Assembly (NCBI GenBank): GCA_035493735.1
Contig: DATJHR010000119.1
Span: 3,589 to 67,588 of the forward strand
Source: Acidocella sp.
Lineage (GTDB): Bacteria; Pseudomonadota; Alphaproteobacteria; Acetobacterales; Acetobacteraceae
Direction: 5' to 3'
DNA: 64,000 nucleotides
Positions 53,086 through 62,433 of the stretch are shown in pieces. The position numbers were made by a program, and so were the translations under genes. Every line of letters begins with the position of its first letter. The stretch's first letter is position 1. The notes below the pieces were generated by a model. That model was not told the DNA's origin and searched no databases. It saw nothing but the letters and a program-made list of their open reading frames with translations.

Positions 53086-53244
53086 GGAAGAAAGTGGCCG
53101 CTTTTTGAAAAAAGCGGCGCAAAAACTTTTGGCTCAGCTGGGCCTGAGTCTGTGTCGCCGACAACGCCCACGGCCCAGAGTAAATAAAGTTTTTTTGCTA
53201 CTTTTTGTTCACAAAAAGTAGCCTTCCTCCCTTCATCTTCCTTA
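53083..53244 (+). repeat. Palindromic element, copy 9 (centre type B)
   Basis: Near-identical reverse complement of copy 6; starts at the purD TAA. Confidence 0.95.
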
Positions 53245-53246
53245 CT

Positions 53247-55010
53247 TCAATGCAGCCCCTGCGCGCGCACCAGCCGGGCGAAGGCGCCGTCCCGGGCCAG
53301 CAGCGTTTCATGCGTGCCCTGTTCCACGGCCTGGCCGTCGGCCATCACCACGATCAGGTCGGCATCGCGCACGGTGGAGAGGCGGTGCGCGACGACGATG
53401 GTGGTGCGGCCCTGGCGCAGCCTGGCCAGCGCCGCCTGCACCGCGGCCTCGCTCTCGGTATCCAGCGCCGAGGTCGCTTCATCGAGCAGCAGAATGCGCG
53501 GGTTGCGCAGGATCGCGCGGGCGATGGCGACGCGCTGGCGCTGGCCGCCGGAGAGGCGCTGGCCATTAACGCCGACATTGGTGGCAAAGCCTTGCGGCAT
53601 CTGTTCGGCAAAGCCGCAGGCGGCGGCCTGGGCGGCTGCCATCACCTCCTCATGCGTCGCATCCGGCCGGCCGAGGCGGATATTCGCCTCGATCGTGTCG
53701 GCGAACAGCAGGGCATCTTGGCCGACATAGGCGATCGAACTGCGCAGGCTGGCAAGCTTCACATCCGTGATCGGCGCGCCATCCACCAGAATGCGCCCGC
53801 CGGTCGGCGTGTAAAGGCGCGGGATCAGCGCCAGGGCGGTGGACTTGCCGGCCCCGGAACTGCCCACCAGCGCCAGCATCTTGCCCGGTGCGGCGGTGAA
53901 GCTCAGATCCTTCAGCCCTTCGCGCCCGTCCGGATAGGCGAAAGCGACGTGGTCAAACACCACGGCGCCCGGCCCGGCGGGAAGCGGCTGCGCATTCGGA
54001 GCATCGGCGATGGCGGCGGGTTCATCGATCACGCTGAACACGCGCACCAGCCCGCCTAGGCCTTCCTGGACGGCGGCGTTCATCGTGCCAAGCGCGCGCA
54101 AGGGGCGCGAGGCGATCAGCAGCGCCGAGATGAAGCCCATGAAATTGCCGACGCCGTTGTCGCCGGTGGCATTGCGCCAGCCTTCAAAGCCGATCACCAG
54201 CGCCACCGCCACGCCGCCCAGCACTTCCAGCATCGGGTCCAGCCGGGCGCGCGTGCGGGTCATGCGGATCAGCGCGGTGTAGAGCTGCTCGAAGGTCCGG
54301 TTGGCGCGGCTTTGTTCATGTTGCTCCAGCCCGTAGGCGCGTACCGTGCGCGCCTGGGCGAAACTCTCATTCAGCATGGCGGCGGCCTCGCCCATGCGCT
54401 CCTGCATGCCGCCCGAGGCGCGGCGCATGCGCGTGCCGATTTTCTGCACCGGAATGCCGGCGAGGGGATAGAGCAGGGCGGCGATCAGGCTCAGCTTCCA
54501 GTCGATGGTGATCATCGTCACCACCAGCCCGACCAGGGTCGCGGCGTCGGCCACGGCGTTTACCGCGCGGGCCATGGCCTCGCGGATCACCGTGGCATCG
54601 TTGGTAAAGCGCGCCGCCAGCGCCGCCGGCGCCTCCCGCTCGACGCGGGCCAGCGCGGCATTGGAGAGATGGCCGAACATCGCGACCTGCAGCCGGCGGA
54701 TCACCAGCAGCACCATGTCCTGCGTCAGCACCGACTGAAAATACATCGACAGGCCCTTGATCGCCGTCACCACCAGCACCAGCAGCGGTACCTGGTAGAG
54801 AATCCGTGGGTCCTTATGGGCGAACATGTTGAACGCCCAGTCGATCAGCGCCGGATACAGCGCCGTGGTGCCGGACATCACCAGCGTCATCACCACGATG
54901 AGGACGATGCGGCCCCGGTAATGCCGCACATGGTCGCGCCATAGGCGGCGGACGAGCGTGGCGGTTGAATGGTCCTGAAGCAAGGCAGGCGAGGCGAGCG
55001 GGTGATGCAT
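53247..55010 (-). CDS. ABC transporter permease/ATPase, MsbA-like
   Basis: TM domain plus GSSGAGKST, LSGGQRQR, LLLDEATSALD, AHRLST. Confidence 0.9.
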   Translation of the reverse strand: MHHPLASPALLQDHSTATLVRRLWRDHVRHYRGRIVLIVVMTLVMSGTTALYPALIDWAFNMFAHKDPRILYQVPLLVLVVTAIKGLSMYFQSVLTQDMVLLVIRRLQVAMFGHLSNAALARVEREAPAALAARFTNDATVIREAMARAVNAVADAATLVGLVVTMITIDWKLSLIAALLYPLAGIPVQKIGTRMRRASGGMQERMGEAAAMLNESFAQARTVRAYGLEQHEQSRANRTFEQLYTALIRMTRTRARLDPMLEVLGGVAVALVIGFEGWRNATGDNGVGNFMGFISALLIASRPLRALGTMNAAVQEGLGGLVRVFSVIDEPAAIADAPNAQPLPAGPGAVVFDHVAFAYPDGREGLKDLSFTAAPGKMLALVGSSGAGKSTALALIPRLYTPTGGRILVDGAPITDVKLASLRSSIAYVGQDALLFADTIEANIRLGRPDATHEEVMAAAQAAACGFAEQMPQGFATNVGVNGQRLSGGQRQRVAIARAILRNPRILLLDEATSALDTESEAAVQAALARLRQGRTTIVVAHRLSTVRDADLIVVMADGQAVEQGTHETLLARDGAFARLVRAQGLH

Positions 55011-55106
55011 GATGGCCGGGTTAACCACAATTCCGCCGGGGCACCAATCGGCCGGCGGCGAAGCGTGGCTGGCGGTGGCGCGGAGGCTCGCTTATAAGCG
55101 CCGTCA

Positions 55107-55778
55107 ATGGACACGATTTACAAGGGCGATCTTTCGACCAAAGCCGGACGGCGCAACGCCTGGATCGACGCTTTGTTCGTCGACCATGCGGTGTTTCGCA
55201 TCCTTTGGACCAATTTTTCGGTCGTGCAGCCGGGGGTGTTGTATCGCTCCAACCACCCGACGCCGGACAATCTCGCCGCATTCCAGCGCAAGGTCGGAAT
55301 CAAAACGGTGATCAACCTGCGCGGCCAGGCGAAGAACGGGTCCGATGCGCTGTCGCGCGACGCGGCACTGCGGTTGGGGATGGATTTTTACGACATGGCG
55401 CTGGAATCACGCGGCGCGCCGCATCGCGACCGGATCCTGCGGCTGGCCGACATTCTTGCCACCATGCGCATGCCGGCCCTGGCGCATTGCAAGTCGGGCG
55501 CGGACCGCGCGGGACTGGCTTCCGCGCTGTTCGTGATGATCCAGGGCGGGACCACGCAGGCCGCGTTGAAGCATCTTTCCTTGCGCTACGGCCATATCCG
55601 TCAGTCCAAGACCGGCATTCTCGATGCGTTCTTCTACATGTATCGCCGCGAGGCCGAGGGGCGGAAGCCGTTTCTCGATTGGGTGCGCGAAGATTACCAC
55701 GAAGACCGGCTGCGTGCCGCCTTCAAGGCCGGCGCGCTGGCCTCCTTCATTAATGACAGGCTGCTGGTCCGCGAGTAG
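55107..55778 (+). CDS. Tyrosine/dual-specificity phosphatase family protein (CtpA-like)
   Basis: YRSN.P, INLRG, HCKSGADRAG P-loop; divergent from the msbA-like gene. Confidence 0.85.
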   Translation: MDTIYKGDLSTKAGRRNAWIDALFVDHAVFRILWTNFSVVQPGVLYRSNHPTPDNLAAFQRKVGIKTVINLRGQAKNGSDALSRDAALRLGMDFYDMALESRGAPHRDRILRLADILATMRMPALAHCKSGADRAGLASALFVMIQGGTTQAALKHLSLRYGHIRQSKTGILDAFFYMYRREAEGRKPFLDWVREDYHEDRLRAAFKAGALASFINDRLLVRE

Positions 55779-55842
55779 GCGGAGCCCTCACGAATCGCAT
55801 GATCGGCGGCGGGCCGAACATGCCGCGGAGCCGAGTCCGGCC

Positions 55843-55967
55843 AAGGCAAGGGAAAGGCTTCTTTTTGTGAACAAAAAGAAGCAAAAAAACTTTATTGACT
55901 CTGGGCCGTGGGCGTTGTCGGCGACACAGCATCAGGCCCAGCTGAGCCAAGAGTTTTTGCGCCGCTT
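55843..55967 (-). repeat. Palindromic element, copy 10a (type B, GCCGC arm truncated)
   Basis: Complete GCTTC arm and centre; breaks off at GCGCCGCTT. Confidence 0.9.
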
Positions 55968-56100
55968 AGGTGCCGCGCGGCGGAATAATCGTGAGAATCA
56001 ACCGGGACGTCTGGCCAAAGACCTTAAAATTGTCTTACTCTTGTTTGTTTGTAATAGTGACGGTCATCAATTGAACCTAACCATCAAGCGTCGACCGGAC

Positions 56101-57537
56101 TTGCTGAGCCGTGTCAGACTGCACAGCTTTTTGCCTCCTTTGGATGAAGCGGCGGCCATTACCATCGTTGTCGCCGGGGTGGAAATTCTCGGGTTGCTGC
56201 TGTTTAGAGGGGTTCATGGACAGCCGACCATACGGCTCGCCAACGGCGTTCTTCTGGGGATCCTGCTAACCTCACGCCGCTCGCACGGGCCCGCCTACTT
56301 TGCCTACGGCGTTATCACCAATGTTATCGCGGCCTATCTCGTTGGGTTTCCCCTTCGTTTCATCGTCAGTGATCCCCTGGTCAACCTGCTGGAGCTGGGC
56401 CTCGCGCTCGCTTTGTTGCACAGGTTCGTCGGTGAAAGCTACGATCTGTCACAGCCACGGATTCTGGCGCGATTTTTCGTGATCGCGGCGGTGTTGGTGC
56501 CGGCGGCGTCTACGCTGCTCCACGCGGTGGCGTTTGCCATGCATGGCGACAACACGACTTTCCTTCTCGGGCTGTTTCTCGCGCATGCGCTTGCCATCAT
56601 CACGGTCACACCCGTTATTTTGGCGCTGCGGAGCCCAACCTATGCCCGTTTCGCCAAACAGCCGCGTCCGTTGCTGTCAGTGAGCGTCTGGGCACTGTTC
56701 CTGGTCACGACGATTCTGGTGTTCGCGCAGTGCCGTTATCATTTCCTGTTCCTGGTGTACCCGCCGCTGGTATTCATGGTGTGTCTGCGCGGACTGGTCG
56801 GGGGCAGCTTGGCGCTGTTTTTCACCACTTTCATTGCCATCGGCTTTACGGTGCACGGCTTCGGTCCCATGGTTTTGGACGTGCCAGGCTCGACAAGTTT
56901 CCGCATCCTGATGGTGCAAATGTTTGTCAGTGTTGCTGCATTTCTGGTTTTGCCGCTTTCCGCGATCCTGGCTGAGCGCGATCGTGCGGCACTGGAGCTG
57001 GAACGGAGCCGGGAGCAGCTGGCGGAACTGGCGCGCACGGATGCGTTGACCGGGCTCGCCAATCGCCGGCAGTTGGACGAGACGCTGGAGCGCGAATGCC
57101 GGCGGGCTAATCGCAGTGATGCGGCGCTCTCGTTGCTGCTGCTGGACGTGGATCATTTCAAGGCGTTCAACGATCAATACGGTCATCGGGCCGGTGACGA
57201 ATGTCTGCGCGCCGTGTCGGATGTGGTGAAGACATTCGGTCGCCGGCCGGGCGACGTGGCGGCGCGGTATGGCGGCGAGGAATTGGCGGTGCTGCTGGCG
57301 CCGGCTCCGGACGAGGGGGCTTGGGCGCAGGCCGAGGCGCTGCGTCAGGCCGTGCAGGATCTGGGCCTGCCTCATGCCGGCAACGAGGCGAGTGGCGTGG
57401 TGACGGTGAGCGTCGGCGTCGCGACCGTGCATCCGCAAAACTTGCCCGTCACGCCCAGGATGCTGATCGAGCGCGCCGACGAGATGCTCTATGCGGCCAA
57501 ACGCCAAGGACGTAACCGGGTGATGGCGAGCCTCTGA
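56101..57537 (+). CDS. Membrane (MASE1-like) sensor diguanylate cyclase
   Basis: Multiple N-terminal TM segments, TDALTGLANRR, DVDHFK.FND.YGH..GD, RPGD I-site, GGEEL; start uncertain. Confidence 0.88.
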   Translation: MLSRVRLHSFLPPLDEAAAITIVVAGVEILGLLLFRGVHGQPTIRLANGVLLGILLTSRRSHGPAYFAYGVITNVIAAYLVGFPLRFIVSDPLVNLLELGLALALLHRFVGESYDLSQPRILARFFVIAAVLVPAASTLLHAVAFAMHGDNTTFLLGLFLAHALAIITVTPVILALRSPTYARFAKQPRPLLSVSVWALFLVTTILVFAQCRYHFLFLVYPPLVFMVCLRGLVGGSLALFFTTFIAIGFTVHGFGPMVLDVPGSTSFRILMVQMFVSVAAFLVLPLSAILAERDRAALELERSREQLAELARTDALTGLANRRQLDETLERECRRANRSDAALSLLLLDVDHFKAFNDQYGHRAGDECLRAVSDVVKTFGRRPGDVAARYGGEELAVLLAPAPDEGAWAQAEALRQAVQDLGLPHAGNEASGVVTVSVGVATVHPQNLPVTPRMLIERADEMLYAAKRQGRNRVMASL

Positions 57538-57541
57538 TTGA

Positions 57542-57629
57542 CCGTGGGCGTTGTCGGCGACACAGAATCAGGCCCAGCATAATAAAAGTTTTTGCGCCGC
57601 TTTTTTCAAAAAGCGGCCGCTTTCCTCTA
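57542..57629 (-). repeat. Palindromic element, copy 10b (type B, lacking the GCTTC arm)
   Basis: CCGTGGGCGTTGTCGGCGACACAG...GCCGCTTTTTTCAAAAAGCGGC; ends at the TAG of the next gene. Confidence 0.9.
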
Positions 57630-58496
57630 GCCTTTCTTTTTCAGCTTGGCGTTGAGCACCACGTCCTGGATGCCGTTGGCGGCCTCCGACGCGGCGGCGG
57701 CGGCGACGTCACCCCAATAGGGCGAGATATCGCTGAGGGCGAGGACATGCAGCTGCGTCACCTGGCCGATCTTGCGGTGATTGCCGTCCAGCACAGTCCA
57801 GTCCAGCTCCACCGTCACGTGGCCCGGGCTGCTCGGCGTCGCCTTCACCGCGCCGGTCACGGAGAAGTCCGCCTGTTTCGCCGTGGTGACCAGCTCCAGG
57901 TTAGGGCTGGGCAGGTCGCGGCTGAGATCGAGCGGCAGCGCCGTGTCACCGTCACCGGGCGCGCCGGTGACCGTGCCGATGAAAACGCGCGGGGGGCGGT
58001 TTTCCAGCGAGAGCGGGTTGCTCTGTTGCACCTGCGCGTTGATGTTGCCCAGCAGTTTCGACAGCGGCTTGGCGTCGGCCGCCGCGCCGCTTTGCAGCGC
58101 GGTCGCGGCACCGTCGGACCAGGCGGCGGCGGAGACTGGCGCGCCCTGAAGCCGGCCATAGATTTTGCCGTTCGGGCCGATCACCGCGTAGGCGGGGATC
58201 ACATTGTTGCCGTCGAGCTTCGCGGTGGTGACCAGCTGCCAGTCCCCTTTGGCGGCCGGGCCGAAAATGCTCGGCACCTCCATGTTCGCGAGCTGCGCGG
58301 CGAGGTCCTTGGCATAGAGTTTTGCGGCATCGTTGCCGAGCAACGCCCCGGTCGGCGCCGGGACCATCAGGACCGGCGCCGGAGGAATGGACAGGATCGC
58401 CCCTTCGCGGCCGGGATCGCCGTAAAAAGGTTCCGGCAGGGTGCCGCAGGCGGCCAGCGCCAAAGGCAGGCCGAGGATCAGGTTTTTTATGCGCAT
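57627..58496 (-). CDS. Hypothetical lipoprotein
   Basis: MRIKNLILGLPLALAAC lipobox; host-like codon usage. Confidence 0.75.
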   Translation of the reverse strand: MRIKNLILGLPLALAACGTLPEPFYGDPGREGAILSIPPAPVLMVPAPTGALLGNDAAKLYAKDLAAQLANMEVPSIFGPAAKGDWQLVTTAKLDGNNVIPAYAVIGPNGKIYGRLQGAPVSAAAWSDGAATALQSGAAADAKPLSKLLGNINAQVQQSNPLSLENRPPRVFIGTVTGAPGDGDTALPLDLSRDLPSPNLELVTTAKQADFSVTGAVKATPSSPGHVTVELDWTVLDGNHRKIGQVTQLHVLALSDISPYWGDVAAAAASEAANGIQDVVLNAKLKKKG

Positions 58497-59227
58497 ATTA
58501 CGGAGATCTGATGGCCGATGGCCCCCTCGCCGCGCAGGGTGCGGCGGCGGTGGGAGAAGAAATCTTGCTCCTCCGCGCAGGTATCGTGAGGCAGGATTTC
58601 CGGCGCAATGCCGGCGGCCCGCAGGCGGGCGGCACAATAACCAGGAAGATCGAAGTGCCAGCGCTCCGGGCGGCCGGGGGTGAAAAAACGCGCATCGTCG
58701 GAATCACGGGCGAGCACAGGACCGCGCAGATCGGCCGAGACCTCGTAGCTTGGCTGCTGGATGCAGGGGCCGATCACCGCGCGGATGGTTTGCGCGCCCA
58801 AGGCCCGCATGGCCTCGGCCGTGGCCTCGAGCACGCCGGCCAGCGCGCCGCGCCAGCCGGCATGGGCCGCGCCGACGATGCGGCGCGTCTCGTCAGCGAA
58901 CAGGACCGGGGCGCAATCGGCGGTGATGATGCCGAGCGCGATGCCGGCTGTGGATGTGACCATCGCATCCGCCGCCGGGCCTGCGCCGACCGCCCATGGG
59001 GCGCTCACGGTGACGACCTCCGCGCCATGGACCTGGCGGAGCCCCAGCAGACATTCCGGCGCGATGTCGAATTGCGCCGCCACCAGCGCCCGGTTGTGCC
59101 GGACATTGGCCGGATCATCGGCACCGGAGAGGCTGCAATTCAGGTTGGCAAAAGGTCCTGTGGAGACCCCGCCCTGACGCGTGAAAAAGCCATGCGGGGT
59201 GGAAAGCTCGCCACGAAAATACTTCAA
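58487..59227 (-). CDS. pgeF: YfiH/PgeF family (polyphenol oxidase-like, purine nucleoside phosphorylase)
   Basis: HGFFTRQGGVS, QVHG, TADCAPVL, AHAGWRG, FFSHRR. Confidence 0.92.
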   Translation of the reverse strand: MKYFRGELSTPHGFFTRQGGVSTGPFANLNCSLSGADDPANVRHNRALVAAQFDIAPECLLGLRQVHGAEVVTVSAPWAVGAGPAADAMVTSTAGIALGIITADCAPVLFADETRRIVGAAHAGWRGALAGVLEATAEAMRALGAQTIRAVIGPCIQQPSYEVSADLRGPVLARDSDDARFFTPGRPERWHFDLPGYCAARLRAAGIAPEILPHDTCAEEQDFFSHRRRTLRGEGAIGHQISVICA

Positions 59228-60147
59228 ATTTCAAATCCCGGCAGTCTTGGCAGATGTGTAGGGCATAAAGCCATGGCTTTGAACAGGCTCCCCATGGCCT
59301 CCGGCGCGGTGAGGCGCTGCGCCGCCAGTGCGAACTGCCGCGCTTTGTCGGGAAATTTACGGGCGAGAACATCGCTGCGCTGGAACAGGCCAAGCCCGGT
59401 GAGAAAGGCATTCTGCTTCACCGGCCCTTGCACATTTTTAACGTGCGCGGCGATGGCGGCGAAATCGACATGGGCGGTCAGGTCGGCCTGCCCCGGAAAC
59501 GACAGTGGATCGGCATAGGCGCCGTCGCGGATCGCCTGTACCGAGCTGCCGGGGGCGCTCTGCAGGGGGCCGTAATCGAGGAACAGCGCCACCGCGTCAC
59601 GCGCCGCCAGTTTAGCGCAGAATTCCAGCGCGGCCTCATTGCGTTCGCGGACGGTGCCTGGGGGATCGTCCGGCAGGTCGATGTCGGTCGGCAGTTCGCG
59701 GTACGCGCCGTCCTCGACATAAAGCTCGCACCAGCCGGCTTCGCGGCGAACGAATTGCCGCACCGGCAGCGCATCCAGAAACTCATTGGCGAGCAGGATC
59801 AGCGGCCCGTCGGGGATGGTGTCCAGCGAGTCATGCCAGACGGCGTTGGGTACCCGCGTGGCTTGTTGCGCCCGCAGGCGGGGCGAGGTTTCGATCAGAT
59901 GCACCTGCGCGCGCGGCCACAGGCGCAGCGCGTCCGCCATTAGCGTGCCGCGTCCGGGCCCGGCCTCGGCCAGGATGATCGTCTCCGGCGCGCCCATCAT
60001 CTGCCACACGGTCTTCGCCCAGGCGCCGAGGATTTCGCCGAAAACCTGAGTCAGTTCCGGGGCGGTGGTGAAATTCTTGAACGGGTCCTGCGTCGCATAA
60101 TACGCGGCGTTGGCCCGGGCCATGAAGTGATCGAAGCGTTCCATCAT
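59224..60147 (-). CDS. SAM-dependent methyltransferase, NDUFAF7/MidA family
   Basis: FTTAPELTQVFGE, EAGPGRGTL, ANEFLDALP, DLTAHVDF, MGSLFK. Confidence 0.9.
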   Translation of the reverse strand: MMERFDHFMARANAAYYATQDPFKNFTTAPELTQVFGEILGAWAKTVWQMMGAPETIILAEAGPGRGTLMADALRLWPRAQVHLIETSPRLRAQQATRVPNAVWHDSLDTIPDGPLILLANEFLDALPVRQFVRREAGWCELYVEDGAYRELPTDIDLPDDPPGTVRERNEAALEFCAKLAARDAVALFLDYGPLQSAPGSSVQAIRDGAYADPLSFPGQADLTAHVDFAAIAAHVKNVQGPVKQNAFLTGLGLFQRSDVLARKFPDKARQFALAAQRLTAPEAMGSLFKAMALCPTHLPRLPGFEI

Positions 60148-60290
60148 GGAAGAAAGCAAGTGGCCGCTTTTTGGAAAAAGCGGCGCAAAAACTTTTGCTG
60201 AGCTGGGCCGGTGGCATCGACACAAGCACGGCCCAAGTAACCAAAGTTTTTTTGCTTCTTTTTGTTCACAAAAAGAAGCCCTTCCTTGGC
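60148..60290 (+). repeat. Palindromic element, copy 11 (type A variant), inside the lgt operon
   Basis: Same arms; centre CTGGGCCGGTGGCATCGACACAAGCACGGCCCAA. Confidence 0.95.
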
Positions 60291-60297
60291 TTTCGGC

Positions 60298-61110
60298 TCA
60301 CGCCTTGCCCGCCAGACGCGGCCGGGTGCCGGCGAACCAGATGATGCCCAGCCCCGCGAGCACCATGGGGATGGAGAGTACCTGGCCCATTGTAATGCCG
60401 AAACTCAGGTAGCCCAGGAACCAATCAGGCTGGCGGAAACATTCGGCGATGATGCGGGCAATGCCGTAGCCGACGACGAACATGCCCGTAAGCGTGCCGG
60501 CCCGGCGGCGCAGCCGTTCGGAGCGCGACGCCAGCACCATGATGATGAACAGCACCACACCTTCGAGAGCGGCCTCGATCAGCTCGGAGGGATAGCGCGG
60601 CTGGGGACCGGCATCAGGGTAGACCATCGCGAACGGGAACCAGGAGGGGGCAGGGCGACCCCAGAGTTCGCCATTGATGAAATTGGCGCAGCGGCCGAGG
60701 AACAGGCCGATCGGCACCGCCACGGCGATGCGGTCGGCGAAGGCCAGGATGTTGATCCGATGCTTGAGGCAGAACCAGATGATGGCGACAGTGACGCCCA
60801 GAAACCCGCCATGAAAGCTCATGCCGCCATCCCACACCGCAATGATTTGTTTGGGGTGGGTGAAGAAATAGCCCGGCTGATAGAACAGCACGTAGCCAAG
60901 CCGCCCGCCGAGGATGATGCCCAGCGTCGCCCAGGTGAGGAAGTCATCCACCTGTTCGCCGGTGGATGCGATGGGCGGGCGGCGGACCAGGTAGCGCACC
61001 AGACGCCAGCCGAGCAGCAGCCCGATAATGTAAGCGAGCGCGTAAAAATGGATGGTCAACGGGCCGATATGGATGGCGCGCTGGAAGACAGGCAGAAAGA
61101 TGGGATTCAT
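60298..61110 (-). CDS. lgt: Prolipoprotein diacylglyceryl transferase
   Basis: GGRLGYVLFY, GGMSFHGG, GR.ANFINGELWGR, ECFRQPD. Confidence 0.96.
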   Translation of the reverse strand: MNPIFLPVFQRAIHIGPLTIHFYALAYIIGLLLGWRLVRYLVRRPPIASTGEQVDDFLTWATLGIILGGRLGYVLFYQPGYFFTHPKQIIAVWDGGMSFHGGFLGVTVAIIWFCLKHRINILAFADRIAVAVPIGLFLGRCANFINGELWGRPAPSWFPFAMVYPDAGPQPRYPSELIEAALEGVVLFIIMVLASRSERLRRRAGTLTGMFVVGYGIARIIAECFRQPDWFLGYLSFGITMGQVLSIPMVLAGLGIIWFAGTRPRLAGKA

Positions 61111-62087
61111 CGATATGGGTCCGGCTGGGTCAGGTAGGACTTGATATAGGCCTCAATGCCTTGTTCTAAAGTCTTGAAGTCATGATTGAAGCCGGCCTTG
61201 CGCAGCCTCGTCATCGGCGCCTGGGTAAAGGACTGGTACTGGCCGCGCAGAGTTTGCGGCATGTCGATGAATTCGATGTTTGCGGTCTGGCCATTGGCGG
61301 CGCAGACCGCGAGGCCCAGCTCGTAATAGGTGCGGGCGAGCCCGGTGCCGAGATTGTACAGCCCGGCCAAGGTGGGGGCCGTGAGCATGAAGCGCAGCGC
61401 CGCCACCACATCGTCGATATAGATGAAATCCCGTGCCTGGGCGCCGTCGGCCAAGCCCGGCCGGTCCGAGCGGAACAGTTTGATCGGGCCGCCGGCACGA
61501 AGCTCGTCGTGCTTGACCTTCACGACCGAGATCATCTTGCCCTTATGATACTCGTTCGGCCCATAGACGTTGAAGAATTTGACGCCCGCCCAGGCGGGTG
61601 GCGCCGGGGCGCCGGCTGCCACTTGGCGCGCGACCCAAAGGTCGAACGCATGCTTGCTCCAACCATAAAGGTTGAGAGGGCGCAGTTGGTTCAGAGCGGC
61701 GAGAGAAAAGTCATCGTCGAAGCCGGCCCCGCCGTCGCCATAGGTGGCGGCGGAGGACGCATAGATGAAGCGCACCCCGTGTCTTGCACACCAGGACCAG
61801 AGTTTCTGGCTAAGGCTGACATTGCTGCGCCAGACGAGGTCACCGTCGGTGGCCGTGGTCTCGGAAATGGCGCCGAGATGCACCACCGCGTCCAGCGCCG
61901 GCGCCGTCTCGAGAAAATCGTCCAACGCTTCCGGCGCGATCACGCGCCCGGGCGGGTGGTGGCGTAAATTACGCCATTTTCCGTCGCTGCCCAGCCAGTC
62001 GGCAATGATGGTGTCATGCCCGTCGGCCTGGAGCGCCGCATGAAGATTCGAGCCGATGAAACCGGCGCCACCCGTGACCAATATCAT
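61107..62087 (-). CDS. rfaD: ADP-L-glycero-D-manno-heptose 6-epimerase
   Basis: TGGAGFIGSNL, YASSAATYG, PLNLYGWSK, FNVYGPNEYHKG.M.S, YQSFTQA. Confidence 0.93.
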   Translation of the reverse strand: MILVTGGAGFIGSNLHAALQADGHDTIIADWLGSDGKWRNLRHHPPGRVIAPEALDDFLETAPALDAVVHLGAISETTATDGDLVWRSNVSLSQKLWSWCARHGVRFIYASSAATYGDGGAGFDDDFSLAALNQLRPLNLYGWSKHAFDLWVARQVAAGAPAPPAWAGVKFFNVYGPNEYHKGKMISVVKVKHDELRAGGPIKLFRSDRPGLADGAQARDFIYIDDVVAALRFMLTAPTLAGLYNLGTGLARTYYELGLAVCAANGQTANIEFIDMPQTLRGQYQSFTQAPMTRLRKAGFNHDFKTLEQGIEAYIKSYLTQPDPYR

Positions 62088-62134
62088 GGGGGCGCTTATA
62101 AAGCGTCAGAGATTTCAGAGAAGGCCCTGGGACC

Positions 62135-62413
62135 ATGAATGAACGTCCGAAATTTTTTGATGACCTTGCCGGCGTCGCCGGCGGGGCGCTGTCGGCTTTG
62201 TCCGGCCTGCGCGAGGAGATGGCGTCGATGGTGCGTGCGCGGGTCGATGAGGCGGTGCGGCGCCTCGACCTGGTGAGGCGTGAGGAGTTCGAAGCGATGG
62301 CCGAGGTGGCCCGGCGCGCCAAGGCCCAGGTGGAGGCGCTGGAGATCCGCGTGGCGCGGCTCGAGCTGGACAAGCCCGACGTCACCCCTGAGCCTGACGA
62401 CATTACCGGCTGA
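62135..62413 (+). CDS. Accessory factor UbiK (BMFP) family protein
   Basis: LDLVRREEFEA plus C-terminal coiled coil. Confidence 0.85.
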   Translation: MNERPKFFDDLAGVAGGALSALSGLREEMASMVRARVDEAVRRLDLVRREEFEAMAEVARRAKAQVEALEIRVARLELDKPDVTPEPDDITG

Positions 62414-62433
62414 ACCGCCGCGACACGCCCGCC

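Noticed and set aside
55624-56100. Long N-terminal extension of the GGDEF ORF running through the repeat
   Set aside because: The ORF-track start overlaps the phosphatase gene in another frame and has no evident ribosome-binding site; the true start is probably near 56101.
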